DNA of 53,408 nucleotides from the IMG/VR virus record IMGVR_UViG_3300027631_000028, positions 1 through 53,408 of that record; one strand, given 5' to 3'. Below, piece by piece: positions 10,741 to 19,405 of this stretch. The DNA is from a virus (Duplodnaviria; Caudoviricetes). Position 1 is the first letter of the stretch; each line of letters begins with the position of its first letter. A model generated the notes under the pieces. The model was not told the DNA's origin. It saw only the letters and a list, made by a program, of their open reading frames with translations, and made no database searches. The translations under genes were made by a program, and so were the position numbers.

Positions 10741-13700
10741 ATGGCGGCAAATTTATACGCAGGCGTAAAATCTCTAAATTTAGTATTAACTACTCCATAC
10801 GATACAGTTAGAACAACAGATATTAGAGACGACCTATCGTCTGTTAAAGTATGGTACTCTACTACAACTGGATTTAACCCAGCAAATAATCAAGGTACTT
10901 TAATTTTTGATGGAGTAGGATTATCAGTACCTATTACGGGACTAACTCCAGCAACTAGGTATTATGTAAGGTATGCTTTTATTAGTGCTATCGATCCAGC
11001 GGTATACACAATATCTTCTGAGTTAAGTGCAGTAGTTCTTGCTGATAGCACAACTGTTTATGGGTACCTAACAAATGATCCAGTACCTATTGCAACAGCT
11101 ACAGACGGTACTGGAGGAGACTTTACACAAGCTACTGGGACTTTTAAAGTATATAGTGGCATAGAAGACGTAACTACTACAGGCCCTGTTTATGCTATTA
11201 AAGCAAGTAGTACTACTAATCTTACTGGAGTAGTTATTAACGCCAGTACAGGAGTTTACTCTTGTACTGGTCTTTCCGCAACATCAGGTAATGTTACTTT
11301 TACTGCTACTTACGGCGGAATAACGTTAGAAGCAGTATGGAATGTCTACAAAGCACAGGCAGGCCAAACTGCGCCTATACTTAACTTAACAGCTACTGCT
11401 AATCAATTTGCTTACAAAGATCAATATTCTACAGCCTCAGTAAGCTCATCTATAATTGTAACTGCTAATTTAACAAACCTTACCGGCACCCCTACATTTA
11501 CAGTAACTGGGTTTACTCGAGCAGGAGTGTCGTTAGGTGTTGTTGCTTTCACTCAAAATAATAACATTATTACTATTACACCTGCAAATTTTGATGCAAA
11601 AGGTGTAACCATAGGAAATGCTAGAATTACTGCTACACTTGGAACTACCTCAGATACAATGAGTATTTTTAGAACCAATGACGGTACTGAGCAAGTTACA
11701 GCAGTTTCTAGCAATGAATCCCATACTATACCAGCAACTACTGCCGGAACAACAGTAAATGCTAGTTATACTGGTAGCGGAACTATTCTTAAAGTTTTAG
11801 AAGGTTCAGCATATTTACCAGTTGACAATGTTAGTCCATACTCAAACGGAACTTGGCGTGTAGTATCAGTAAATTCTTTAGGTATTACTGCAGATACTAC
11901 ACCACAAATTGGGTCAAACTATATTTATTATGATACACATGCTGCAATGACTGCAGATGTAGCAACTATTGACTATACTATAAGAATAATTACTACTACA
12001 GGTGTAACTGTAGATGTAGTCACTACGCAAAGTTTTGCCAAAGCAAAACAAGGGGTAGACGGAGCTACCGCTAGATCAGTAGATTTAACTGCAACTGCAC
12101 AAGCGTTTATTACTGCTAAAAATAGTAGTACAGTAAGTCCCTCAACAATAGTACTTACTGCTACACAAAGTAATTTTATTAGTCCAACCTATACTTGGTT
12201 AGTTGACGGAATAGCACCAAGTGCGGCTATTGGTACAGCCAGTGGTAACACTTTTGTACTTAACAGTTTTGCAGCAGGTTCTAGAAAAACTATTACCGCT
12301 ACTGCCACAGAAGATGTTTACAGTTCATTTGATACTTTTTCAGTTTATAGTATAAAAGAAGGAGATGATGCTTTTACAGTTGGTTTGTCTAATGAAAATC
12401 AGACAATTAGTTGTGATAGTAGCGGTACACCAATAGCAGGACAATTCCCCTTTACTTCTAAATTATATGCTGCATTAGGCGAAAGATTATTAGATAACAC
12501 AACTAATCCCCAAGCAACATTTGCAAAAATAAGTTATACTGGCGGCGACGCAGGATCCTTTAGCATTGATGCTACAGGATTAGTTACTATTAATAGTTTG
12601 AGCAATGCTTTTGCAGAAGCAGTATTTAATGCAACTGTTAACGGGGTAACTCAAACAAAAACTTTAAGTTTAAATAAATCAGTAGATGGTAATCCTGGAT
12701 CTAATATAGTTCTTACCGCAACAGGTCAAGTATTTGCGGCAGCTAAAAATACGGGTGTAATATCTCCTAGTATAATAACTTTTACAGGTTCTCCGTTTAA
12801 TTTAGGTGCTAGTCCTGCATATGTATGGAAAGTATCTACTGATAACGGTACCACTTTTACTACACAAACTGGTCAAACTAATGCTACATTTACTTTGCCT
12901 AGTTTTTCTAGCGGTACTAAATTAGTAAGACTGGAAGCTACAGGTAATAGCAGAACTGTAGCAGATCAAATTACTGTTTATGCATTAAAAGAAGGTGACG
13001 ACAGTTTAAACGCTGGTTTGGTTAATGAAAATCAAACTATTACTTGTGATACTGCTGGCACACCTATAGCAGGACAATTTCCTCTTAGCAGCCAATTAGT
13101 AGTTGTTAGAGGCACTACTCCGTTAACAAATGCTGATGGTGTTACGTGGTCAAAAGTGTCAGAAACAGGTATGACTAGTACTATTGTTAGTACTACAGGT
13201 ATTATATCAATTACAGGAATTAGTGCGGATGCTGGAACCGCAACATATAGGGCTACAATCGGAACTACTACTTTAGATAAAGTATTTACACTAAATAAAT
13301 CTAAAAATGGTACAAATGGTACAGATGGTACAAATGGTACAAATGGTACAAATGGTACTAATGGTACTAATGCAGTTAGTGGTTTCTTAACTAATGAAGC
13401 TAGTGTAGTTACTGCAGATAATGCAGGTACTGTTAGTAGCTTTACTGGTACTGGAGGTACTTTTAAAGTATTTGACGGTATTGTTGAAAAAACAGGTTCT
13501 GGAATAACTTATAGTGTAACTAATCAGTCAGGAGTATCAGTTTCAATACTTCAAACAGGTGTTTATAGCATATCTGCTATGAGCGCAGATACTGGCACAG
13601 CTACCCTAACTGCAACATACGGTACAGTAACAATAACTAAAGAGTATAGTATTGCTAAGTCTAAAGCTGGGCCTACAGGAATTGCAGCTCGCTCAGTTGA

Positions 13701-16086
13701 TTTATCAATGACGGCACAAGCTTTTGCATATAATAGTGCAGGAATAACTCCTTCACCCAGCAGTTCAGTAGTAACTGCTACTGCACAAAATACTACTGGA
13801 AGTGTATACTATGAATTTCTTGTAGGTACTACATCTGTACAAAATACTACGGCTAATACTTATACATATACTCCTGCTGCTGCATATACCTCTATGCCTC
13901 AGCAGATCTCTGTAAAAATCCGAGAAGGTGCTAACACAGGCACAATACTAGCTTCAGATGTAATGTCTATGATTGGTATTAAGCCTGGTGTTGATGGAAC
14001 TAATGGCAATAATGGAGCAGCAGGACCTTTTGTAGATATTAGTGGAACAGGTAGTTTTTATAAAAATAGTGGTGGGGCATTTACTCCCACTAATGTTACT
14101 TTAACGGCTATAACACAAAATATTACTGCTCCAACGTATGCTTGGTCTGTTACTGGCGCAACTCCGGCCACAGGTAATGGCAGTTCAATAGTTATTACGC
14201 CAACTAGTAGTAGTGCCGGTATTACTGTCGTACTAACAGTAGGTGGATCTAATCAAGCCAGTACTGTAAGTTTTACTAGATATATTAGTGTTACAGAGCA
14301 AGGTACCGCAGGACAAGCAGGTGCTAATGGAATAATGAGTGCCTACCCTACTATTTATCAGTGGGCTATAAATACTCCTGCAAGACCTACCACTACTTCT
14401 ACGTATGCATGGTCTAACGGGTATTACGCAGCCCCTAGTGGGTGGGATACTATAGCTCCTAATAATACCACCCCAGGGTATAAGCTTTATGAAATCACAG
14501 TACCCTTAACTGTAGCAGCTACAACAACCTCAAGTACTTTAGATTGGACTAATACTACTTACACTATACGTGCTACTAGTATTAATGGTACAAATGGTAC
14601 TAATGGTACTAATGGTACTAACGGAAATCCTGGTACTAATGGTATAGACGGAGACGACGGAGTAAACGGTGAAAACGGTGCTTCTAGCTTTATAATTACA
14701 CGCGTTACTAACGATTCTGGCGTTCCAACCGGACCCGAAGTTTACGCAGCTTTAGGAAACAAACGCTACGCAGTTACAGGAGATATTGCTACTATTAGTT
14801 ATAATGCTGGCAATAATTCAACAGCATATCGCGCAACTTCTAACGGTTTTAATGCAACTTGGGCATTACAATCATCATATATTACTGGCTCACTAGTTGT
14901 ACAAAACTCAATTAGCGGTGATCGTATTATTGCTAATACACTAAGTGCTAATAGGATTACTAATGGTACAACTGCGGCAACTGCGGCAACTGCGGGAACT
15001 TTTAGTCTAGGAGATCAAACTTTCTTGGTTTTTCCAACAACCGCAGTATTTACAGCAAATGGAGCAGACAAGTGGGCTTTGGTAGGTTATAACTATGGGA
15101 CTACTGGATATGCTCATGGCATAGGAGGAGGCTCTAGTTCTCCTGATGGGTTTGGTGTTCTTGGTTATAGTGCCTTTAATATTAACGTTGTTAATATTAA
15201 AACACTCGGTGCTTTAGGGCAGTCTGCTTCAGGTATTTACGCTAAATCTTTAAAGCCAGCCAGTTATAATAATACTACTAATAATTTAGGAGCTCTAAAT
15301 ACTGATTTTACAGGGGCTAATACACAGTACGGAATGATAGCTACTTCTTGGTATGCTAACAGCAATACGCAAGTAAAATATCAAACACTATTAAGCCCTT
15401 CAGAGGAAGTGAGACCGGATCAAAACTATGCTGCAGTATTTGCTAAATTTACAACTACTGGGGCTAACGATAAGTCAGCTTATTTGTGTACTCCAAATTA
15501 TGCCTTAGAGTGTCCTCAAGGTTTAGGCGGGGTATATTCCTACGATGGTTTTGCACCTTTTACAGGACAACATACCGGAGTTATGGAAAATCCTGCTGCA
15601 ATACAAGTAGGAGATATAGTAGTAGATACAGTACTATTAACAAGAGACACTGTTAGTGCTACTTTGTTAAAACAAAGTTTGTCTACTATGCCAAGACAAA
15701 AAACTGTTATTGGAGTATACGTAGGACTAGACCCAAAAGAAACTCTTTCTCCTGCACATACTATAACACCTCCTTCAACTATGGAACAAGATATTGCTGT
15801 AGGAATGACAACAAATACCGTAGGCCCATCAGAATCTTATGTGTTGCAAAACACAGAAGAATTTGTTTTAATTAATTCACTAGGCGAAGGTCAAGTAAAT
15901 GTATGTGGAGAAAATGGAAACATTGAAGCAGGAGACTTAGTTACTACTAGTTCTATTCCTGGTAAAGGTATGAAACAAGACGATGATCTTATTAGATCTT
16001 ATACCGTTGCTAAAGCTCGTGAAAGCGTTACATTCAGTTCTCCTACAGAAGTTAAAATGATTGCTTGTACTTATCTTTGTGGTTAA
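10741..16086 (+). CDS. Long tail fibre / host-specificity protein
   Basis: N-terminal FN3-like domain, repeated LxNExxT Ig-like modules joined by G-x-x linkers, C-terminal FTGQH...GEGQVNV...GDLVTTS chaperone-like domain. Confidence 0.8.
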   Translation: MAANLYAGVKSLNLVLTTPYDTVRTTDIRDDLSSVKVWYSTTTGFNPANNQGTLIFDGVGLSVPITGLTPATRYYVRYAFISAIDPAVYTISSELSAVVLADSTTVYGYLTNDPVPIATATDGTGGDFTQATGTFKVYSGIEDVTTTGPVYAIKASSTTNLTGVVINASTGVYSCTGLSATSGNVTFTATYGGITLEAVWNVYKAQAGQTAPILNLTATANQFAYKDQYSTASVSSSIIVTANLTNLTGTPTFTVTGFTRAGVSLGVVAFTQNNNIITITPANFDAKGVTIGNARITATLGTTSDTMSIFRTNDGTEQVTAVSSNESHTIPATTAGTTVNASYTGSGTILKVLEGSAYLPVDNVSPYSNGTWRVVSVNSLGITADTTPQIGSNYIYYDTHAAMTADVATIDYTIRIITTTGVTVDVVTTQSFAKAKQGVDGATARSVDLTATAQAFITAKNSSTVSPSTIVLTATQSNFISPTYTWLVDGIAPSAAIGTASGNTFVLNSFAAGSRKTITATATEDVYSSFDTFSVYSIKEGDDAFTVGLSNENQTISCDSSGTPIAGQFPFTSKLYAALGERLLDNTTNPQATFAKISYTGGDAGSFSIDATGLVTINSLSNAFAEAVFNATVNGVTQTKTLSLNKSVDGNPGSNIVLTATGQVFAAAKNTGVISPSIITFTGSPFNLGASPAYVWKVSTDNGTTFTTQTGQTNATFTLPSFSSGTKLVRLEATGNSRTVADQITVYALKEGDDSLNAGLVNENQTITCDTAGTPIAGQFPLSSQLVVVRGTTPLTNADGVTWSKVSETGMTSTIVSTTGIISITGISADAGTATYRATIGTTTLDKVFTLNKSKNGTNGTDGTNGTNGTNGTNGTNAVSGFLTNEASVVTADNAGTVSSFTGTGGTFKVFDGIVEKTGSGITYSVTNQSGVSVSILQTGVYSISAMSADTGTATLTATYGTVTITKEYSIAKSKAGPTGIAARSVDLSMTAQAFAYNSAGITPSPSSSVVTATAQNTTGSVYYEFLVGTTSVQNTTANTYTYTPAAAYTSMPQQISVKIREGANTGTILASDVMSMIGIKPGVDGTNGNNGAAGPFVDISGTGSFYKNSGGAFTPTNVTLTAITQNITAPTYAWSVTGATPATGNGSSIVITPTSSSAGITVVLTVGGSNQASTVSFTRYISVTEQGTAGQAGANGIMSAYPTIYQWAINTPARPTTTSTYAWSNGYYAAPSGWDTIAPNNTTPGYKLYEITVPLTVAATTTSSTLDWTNTTYTIRATSINGTNGTNGTNGTNGNPGTNGIDGDDGVNGENGASSFIITRVTNDSGVPTGPEVYAALGNKRYAVTGDIATISYNAGNNSTAYRATSNGFNATWALQSSYITGSLVVQNSISGDRIIANTLSANRITNGTTAATAATAGTFSLGDQTFLVFPTTAVFTANGADKWALVGYNYGTTGYAHGIGGGSSSPDGFGVLGYSAFNINVVNIKTLGALGQSASGIYAKSLKPASYNNTTNNLGALNTDFTGANTQYGMIATSWYANSNTQVKYQTLLSPSEEVRPDQNYAAVFAKFTTTGANDKSAYLCTPNYALECPQGLGGVYSYDGFAPFTGQHTGVMENPAAIQVGDIVVDTVLLTRDTVSATLLKQSLSTMPRQKTVIGVYVGLDPKETLSPAHTITPPSTMEQDIAVGMTTNTVGPSESYVLQNTEEFVLINSLGEGQVNVCGENGNIEAGDLVTTSSIPGKGMKQDDDLIRSYTVAKARESVTFSSPTEVKMIACTYLCG
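13306..13368 (+). repeat. 9-bp tandem repeat (A/G)ATGGTAC(A/T) x7 encoding (NGT)n
   Basis: Read directly; related array at 14584-14619. Confidence 0.9.
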
Positions 16087-16091
16087 AAACT

Positions 16092-16126
16092 ATACCCTGT
16101 CCAATCTTTGGGCAGGGTATTTTTTT
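16092..16126 (+). terminator. Rho-independent terminator ending core tail operon
   Basis: ATACCCTGTCCAA-TCT-TTGGGCAGGGTAT stem plus T-run. Confidence 0.9.
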
Positions 16127-16129
16127 GCA

Positions 16130-16158
16130 TTGACAAGTCCGCGCCCTTGTGGTATAAT
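16130..16158 (+). promoter_or_regulatory. sigma70 promoter for accessory fibre/lysis region
   Basis: TTGACA(16130-35), 17 bp, TATAAT(16153-58), extended -10 TG. Confidence 0.9.
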
Positions 16159-16281
16159 ATACCAAAATGTCAGAACATTCCAATATTTTTTCTTGACAAG
16201 CTTTTATCCCAATCTAAAAGGCAGACTTCCCGTTTAGATTATAATTAAATATTAAACACCTGCTAATAAGGAGATCTGATT

Positions 16282-16632
16282 ATGGTGGAGATTAATGACC
16301 ACAGTTTTATTCAGACAATTTCACTAGTTGCGTTAGCAGTTGTTGCTTTCTCAGTTGGAATACAGAAATTGTTAAAAGACTGGAAAAGTACTAATGCTGA
16401 AACTAGCGTAATTACTTTAATGCATACAGAGCTAGAACGCATGAGTGAACAAAACGGCTTACTAGCAACCGAATTAAATCGCTTACAGCAAGAGATGATT
16501 TTACTAAATGCACAACTAGCACAGTTATGCATTGAAAATCAGCAACTACAAACCGAAGTTGTTGCACTAACACAAGAAGTTAATAAATTCCGAGTATCGG
16601 CTACGATATCGGCTGCAAAGAAATTAGGGTAA
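16282..16632 (+). CDS. Membrane-anchored coiled-coil protein, function unknown
   Basis: One N-terminal hydrophobic helix then regular Leu heptads; AAGGAG RBS. Confidence 0.7.
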   Translation: MVEINDHSFIQTISLVALAVVAFSVGIQKLLKDWKSTNAETSVITLMHTELERMSEQNGLLATELNRLQQEMILLNAQLAQLCIENQQLQTEVVALTQEVNKFRVSATISAAKKLG

Positions 16633-16636
16633 GATA

Positions 16637-17233
16637 ATGGAACCAGCACGAATTAATTATAGAATTTATCAAGGTAGTACTTTTACCGAAACTCTTCGTT
16701 GGGAGTCAGAAACTAAGCAATACGCACCGATTTCAGCAATTACTCAAGCAGCACCTTGTGTGATTACAACTACTAGCGCACATACTGTGCCTATTAATTG
16801 GAGAATTAGAATAGCTGGTGCTTTAGGTATGAGAGATATTAATACTGTTGCAGATGACGCTTATTATTTAGTAACTAGCAAAACTAGTAACACATTAACT
16901 TTAAACCAAGTAAATTCAGCTGCCTACGCAGCGTATACTGGTGGGGGTATTCTTTCATGGAATATGCCTGTACCACTAACAGGATATACTGCGCAAATGC
17001 AAATACGCGAAACCCTAGAGTCAACAACAGTTATTGCTGAATTAACGACTGCTAATAGTCGTATTATTATTGAACCAGTAAATTCTGTTATATCAATTAA
17101 TTTAACTGCAGCTCTAACCGCTACATTTAATTTTGACTCAGCGGTGTACTCAATGGAATTAACAGATGCTCAAAGCAATGTTTTTCAGTTCCTGAACGGT
17201 AGTATTAGCTTGATTAAGGAGGTCACAAGATGA
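16637..17233 (+). CDS. Putative fibre-attachment/adaptor protein (BppU-like Ig fold with inserted small beta domain)
   Basis: IYQGSTF...LTGYTAQMQIR...AVYSMEL...G.I....EVTR pattern with ISAITQAAPCVIT..H insertion. Confidence 0.6.
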   Translation: MEPARINYRIYQGSTFTETLRWESETKQYAPISAITQAAPCVITTTSAHTVPINWRIRIAGALGMRDINTVADDAYYLVTSKTSNTLTLNQVNSAAYAAYTGGGILSWNMPVPLTGYTAQMQIRETLESTTVIAELTTANSRIIIEPVNSVISINLTAALTATFNFDSAVYSMELTDAQSNVFQFLNGSISLIKEVTR

Positions 17234-17493
17234 CAACCGAAATAATTATAACCGAAATTAATAATGCGGTTATTATTGAAAAGACGGAGCCAACAGTTGT
17301 TTCGTCACAAAGTGAAACACGAGTGGTAGTTGGGGGCATGATAGGCCCAACACAAACTACTATCAAAGGGCTATCAGATGTTGATACTACTACTTTAGCT
17401 ACAGGCAGCTTACTGGTATATAACTCTGGAACAAGTAAATGGACTTCATCGAAGCTGCTTGAACAGCAGACGATGGAAGGCGGATTCTTTTAA
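17230..17493 (+). CDS. Small fibre-associated protein
   Basis: One LSDV...LLVYNSGTSKW repeat also found in the 19406 protein; ends EGGFF. Confidence 0.65.
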   Translation: MTTEIIITEINNAVIIEKTEPTVVSSQSETRVVVGGMIGPTQTTIKGLSDVDTTTLATGSLLVYNSGTSKWTSSKLLEQQTMEGGFF

Positions 17494-17504
17494 AGGAAGA
17501 GAAA

Positions 17505-19358
17505 ATGGCTGATAAATCAACGATAAAGATTAAAAGAAGTAGTACTTCCATTGCACCAGCACTATTAAATACTGGCGAACTGGCGTATACATTTGGTACT
17601 GGTACTGATGCAAATCAAGGTGGTAGGTTATTTGTTGGCGGCATGGGCGCTAATAGTGATTTACTGTCGGCAGCTGCGGCCCCGATTGCAATTGGTGGTA
17701 AATATTTTACAGATATTATTGATGCTGCTACTAGTGTAGGTACATTTGGTACTCTTGTAAAGCGAGATGGAACTAATACTGCATTTCTTAATATTACTGG
17801 CAATGTTACAGGTAACTTAATAGGTAATAGTGCAGGTATTCATACAGGTAATGTAACTGGTAATGTAACTGGTAATGTAACTGGTAATGTAACTGGTAAT
17901 GTAACTGGTAATTTAACAGGTAATGTTACTGGCGATGTATACGCAGCTAACGGCACTTATAAAGTTCTAGAAGCTGGCACAGACGGTACTGATTCAATAT
18001 TTTATGGTAGTGTTAGTGGTGGTATTACTGGTAACGTAACTGGTAATGTAACAGGTAACGTAACAGGTAATTTAACTGGCAATAGTGCTGGAACTCATAC
18101 AGGGGCTGTTATTGGTAATGTAACTGGTAATGTAACTGGTAATGTAACTGGTAATGTAACTGGTGATTTAACTGGTAATAGTGCAGGTATTCACACTGGT
18201 AATGTGACTGGTAACGTAACAGGTAATCTAACCGGCAACAGTGCTGGTACTCATACAGGAGCTGTTGTTGGAAACGCAGACACAGCTACAAAATGGGCCT
18301 CAACAATTAACGCAACATTTAGCGGCGATGCTAGTACTCCAACATTTACTATTGACGGTTCCACAAATCTAACCCCAGTACTTACTTTAGCAACAGTACT
18401 AGATGGTACTACTGGTAAAGTTCCTGGTGCATTTGGATCAGCCACAGCAATCCCAGTAGTTACTGTAAATGCAAAAGGTTTAGTAACAGGTATTACTACT
18501 GCAAATGTTGCGACTACACTAAGCTTTCGTGGTGATGCTGCTGGTACAGTAGGAACATTAAACTTATTAAGTGACAGTTTACGTATTATTGGTAGCGGTG
18601 GTGTTACTACAAGTATTGATGATACAACTAATACAATTACTGTTGCTATGGCGGGTAGTGGGTCACTAGGTGCTCTAGCAGTTACAGGTAATGTTGCAGC
18701 AGGAACAATTAGTATTGTAGGAGCACTTACTTCTGGAAATGCTAGTGTTGCGGATATTATTGTAAATGGTAATGCTGTTATTACAGGTAACTTAACAGTT
18801 GAAGGTGTTACTACTACTGTAAATTCTACTATTGTTTCAATTGGCGATAAAAATATTACATTAGCCAACAGCGCACAAGATGCCGCTCAAGCAAATGGTG
18901 GTGGTATTACAGTTATCGGCCCAACTCTTCCAGCTGAAATTACATATGGTTCAGCCGACGATAGCTGGAACGTAAATAAGAAATTTAATGCAGCACTTGG
19001 AGTTTACGGTAGTCTTTACGGCAATGCTGATACTGCTACTAAGTGGGCTGCCCCAATTAACATAAGTTTTGTTGGCGACGTTACTGCCCCAATATTTACT
19101 GTTGACGGCTCTACAGCTAGACAACCTACACTTACATTGGCAACTGTAAATACTAATACAGGTAGTTTTGGTACTACACTAACTATTCCACAAATTACAG
19201 TTAATGGTAAAGGTTTGATTACTGCAGTAAGTAATCAAACTATTCCTAATGCTTCAACAACTACAAAAGGTTTGGCATTTTTTGATGTTGAAACTTTTGG
19301 AGTAAATGCGGCTACAGGTTTTGTTACTCTAGCTACTGTAGACGGCGGAACGTATTAA
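17505..19358 (+). CDS. Fibre protein with GNVT repeats and Mtd-N-like N-terminus
   Basis: IKIKRSS...L..GELAY N-terminus; (GNVT)n shaft; duplicated GNADTATKWA...VTVN.KGL.T module; ends DGGTY. Confidence 0.75.
   Translation: MADKSTIKIKRSSTSIAPALLNTGELAYTFGTGTDANQGGRLFVGGMGANSDLLSAAAAPIAIGGKYFTDIIDAATSVGTFGTLVKRDGTNTAFLNITGNVTGNLIGNSAGIHTGNVTGNVTGNVTGNVTGNVTGNLTGNVTGDVYAANGTYKVLEAGTDGTDSIFYGSVSGGITGNVTGNVTGNVTGNLTGNSAGTHTGAVIGNVTGNVTGNVTGNVTGDLTGNSAGIHTGNVTGNVTGNLTGNSAGTHTGAVVGNADTATKWASTINATFSGDASTPTFTIDGSTNLTPVLTLATVLDGTTGKVPGAFGSATAIPVVTVNAKGLVTGITTANVATTLSFRGDAAGTVGTLNLLSDSLRIIGSGGVTTSIDDTTNTITVAMAGSGSLGALAVTGNVAAGTISIVGALTSGNASVADIIVNGNAVITGNLTVEGVTTTVNSTIVSIGDKNITLANSAQDAAQANGGGITVIGPTLPAEITYGSADDSWNVNKKFNAALGVYGSLYGNADTATKWAAPINISFVGDVTAPIFTVDGSTARQPTLTLATVNTNTGSFGTTLTIPQITVNGKGLITAVSNQTIPNASTTTKGLAFFDVETFGVNAATGFVTLATVDGGTY
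17847..18245 (+). repeat. 12-bp tandem repeats GGTAATGTAACT (GNVT) in two blocks
   Basis: Five perfect units at 17847-17906, further perfect and degenerate units to ~18245. Confidence 0.9.
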
Positions 19359-19361
19359 TAA

Positions 19362-19399
19362 TAGGGAAACTTTTATAAGTTTCCCTAATTCTTTTAGGG
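19362..19399 (+). promoter_or_regulatory. Intergenic hairpin with competing RBS-sequestering hairpin (attenuator/weak terminator)
   Basis: TAGGGAAACTT-TTAT-AAGTTTCCCTA perfect 11-bp stem; CCCTAA(19383-88) is also complementary to TTAGGG(19394-99). Confidence 0.55.
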
Positions 19400-19405
19400 C
19401 TGAAT

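Noticed and set aside
16193-16245. Second promoter from TTGACA at 16193 or TATAAT at 16240
   Set aside because: The two elements are too far apart and neither has a good partner at 16-18 bp
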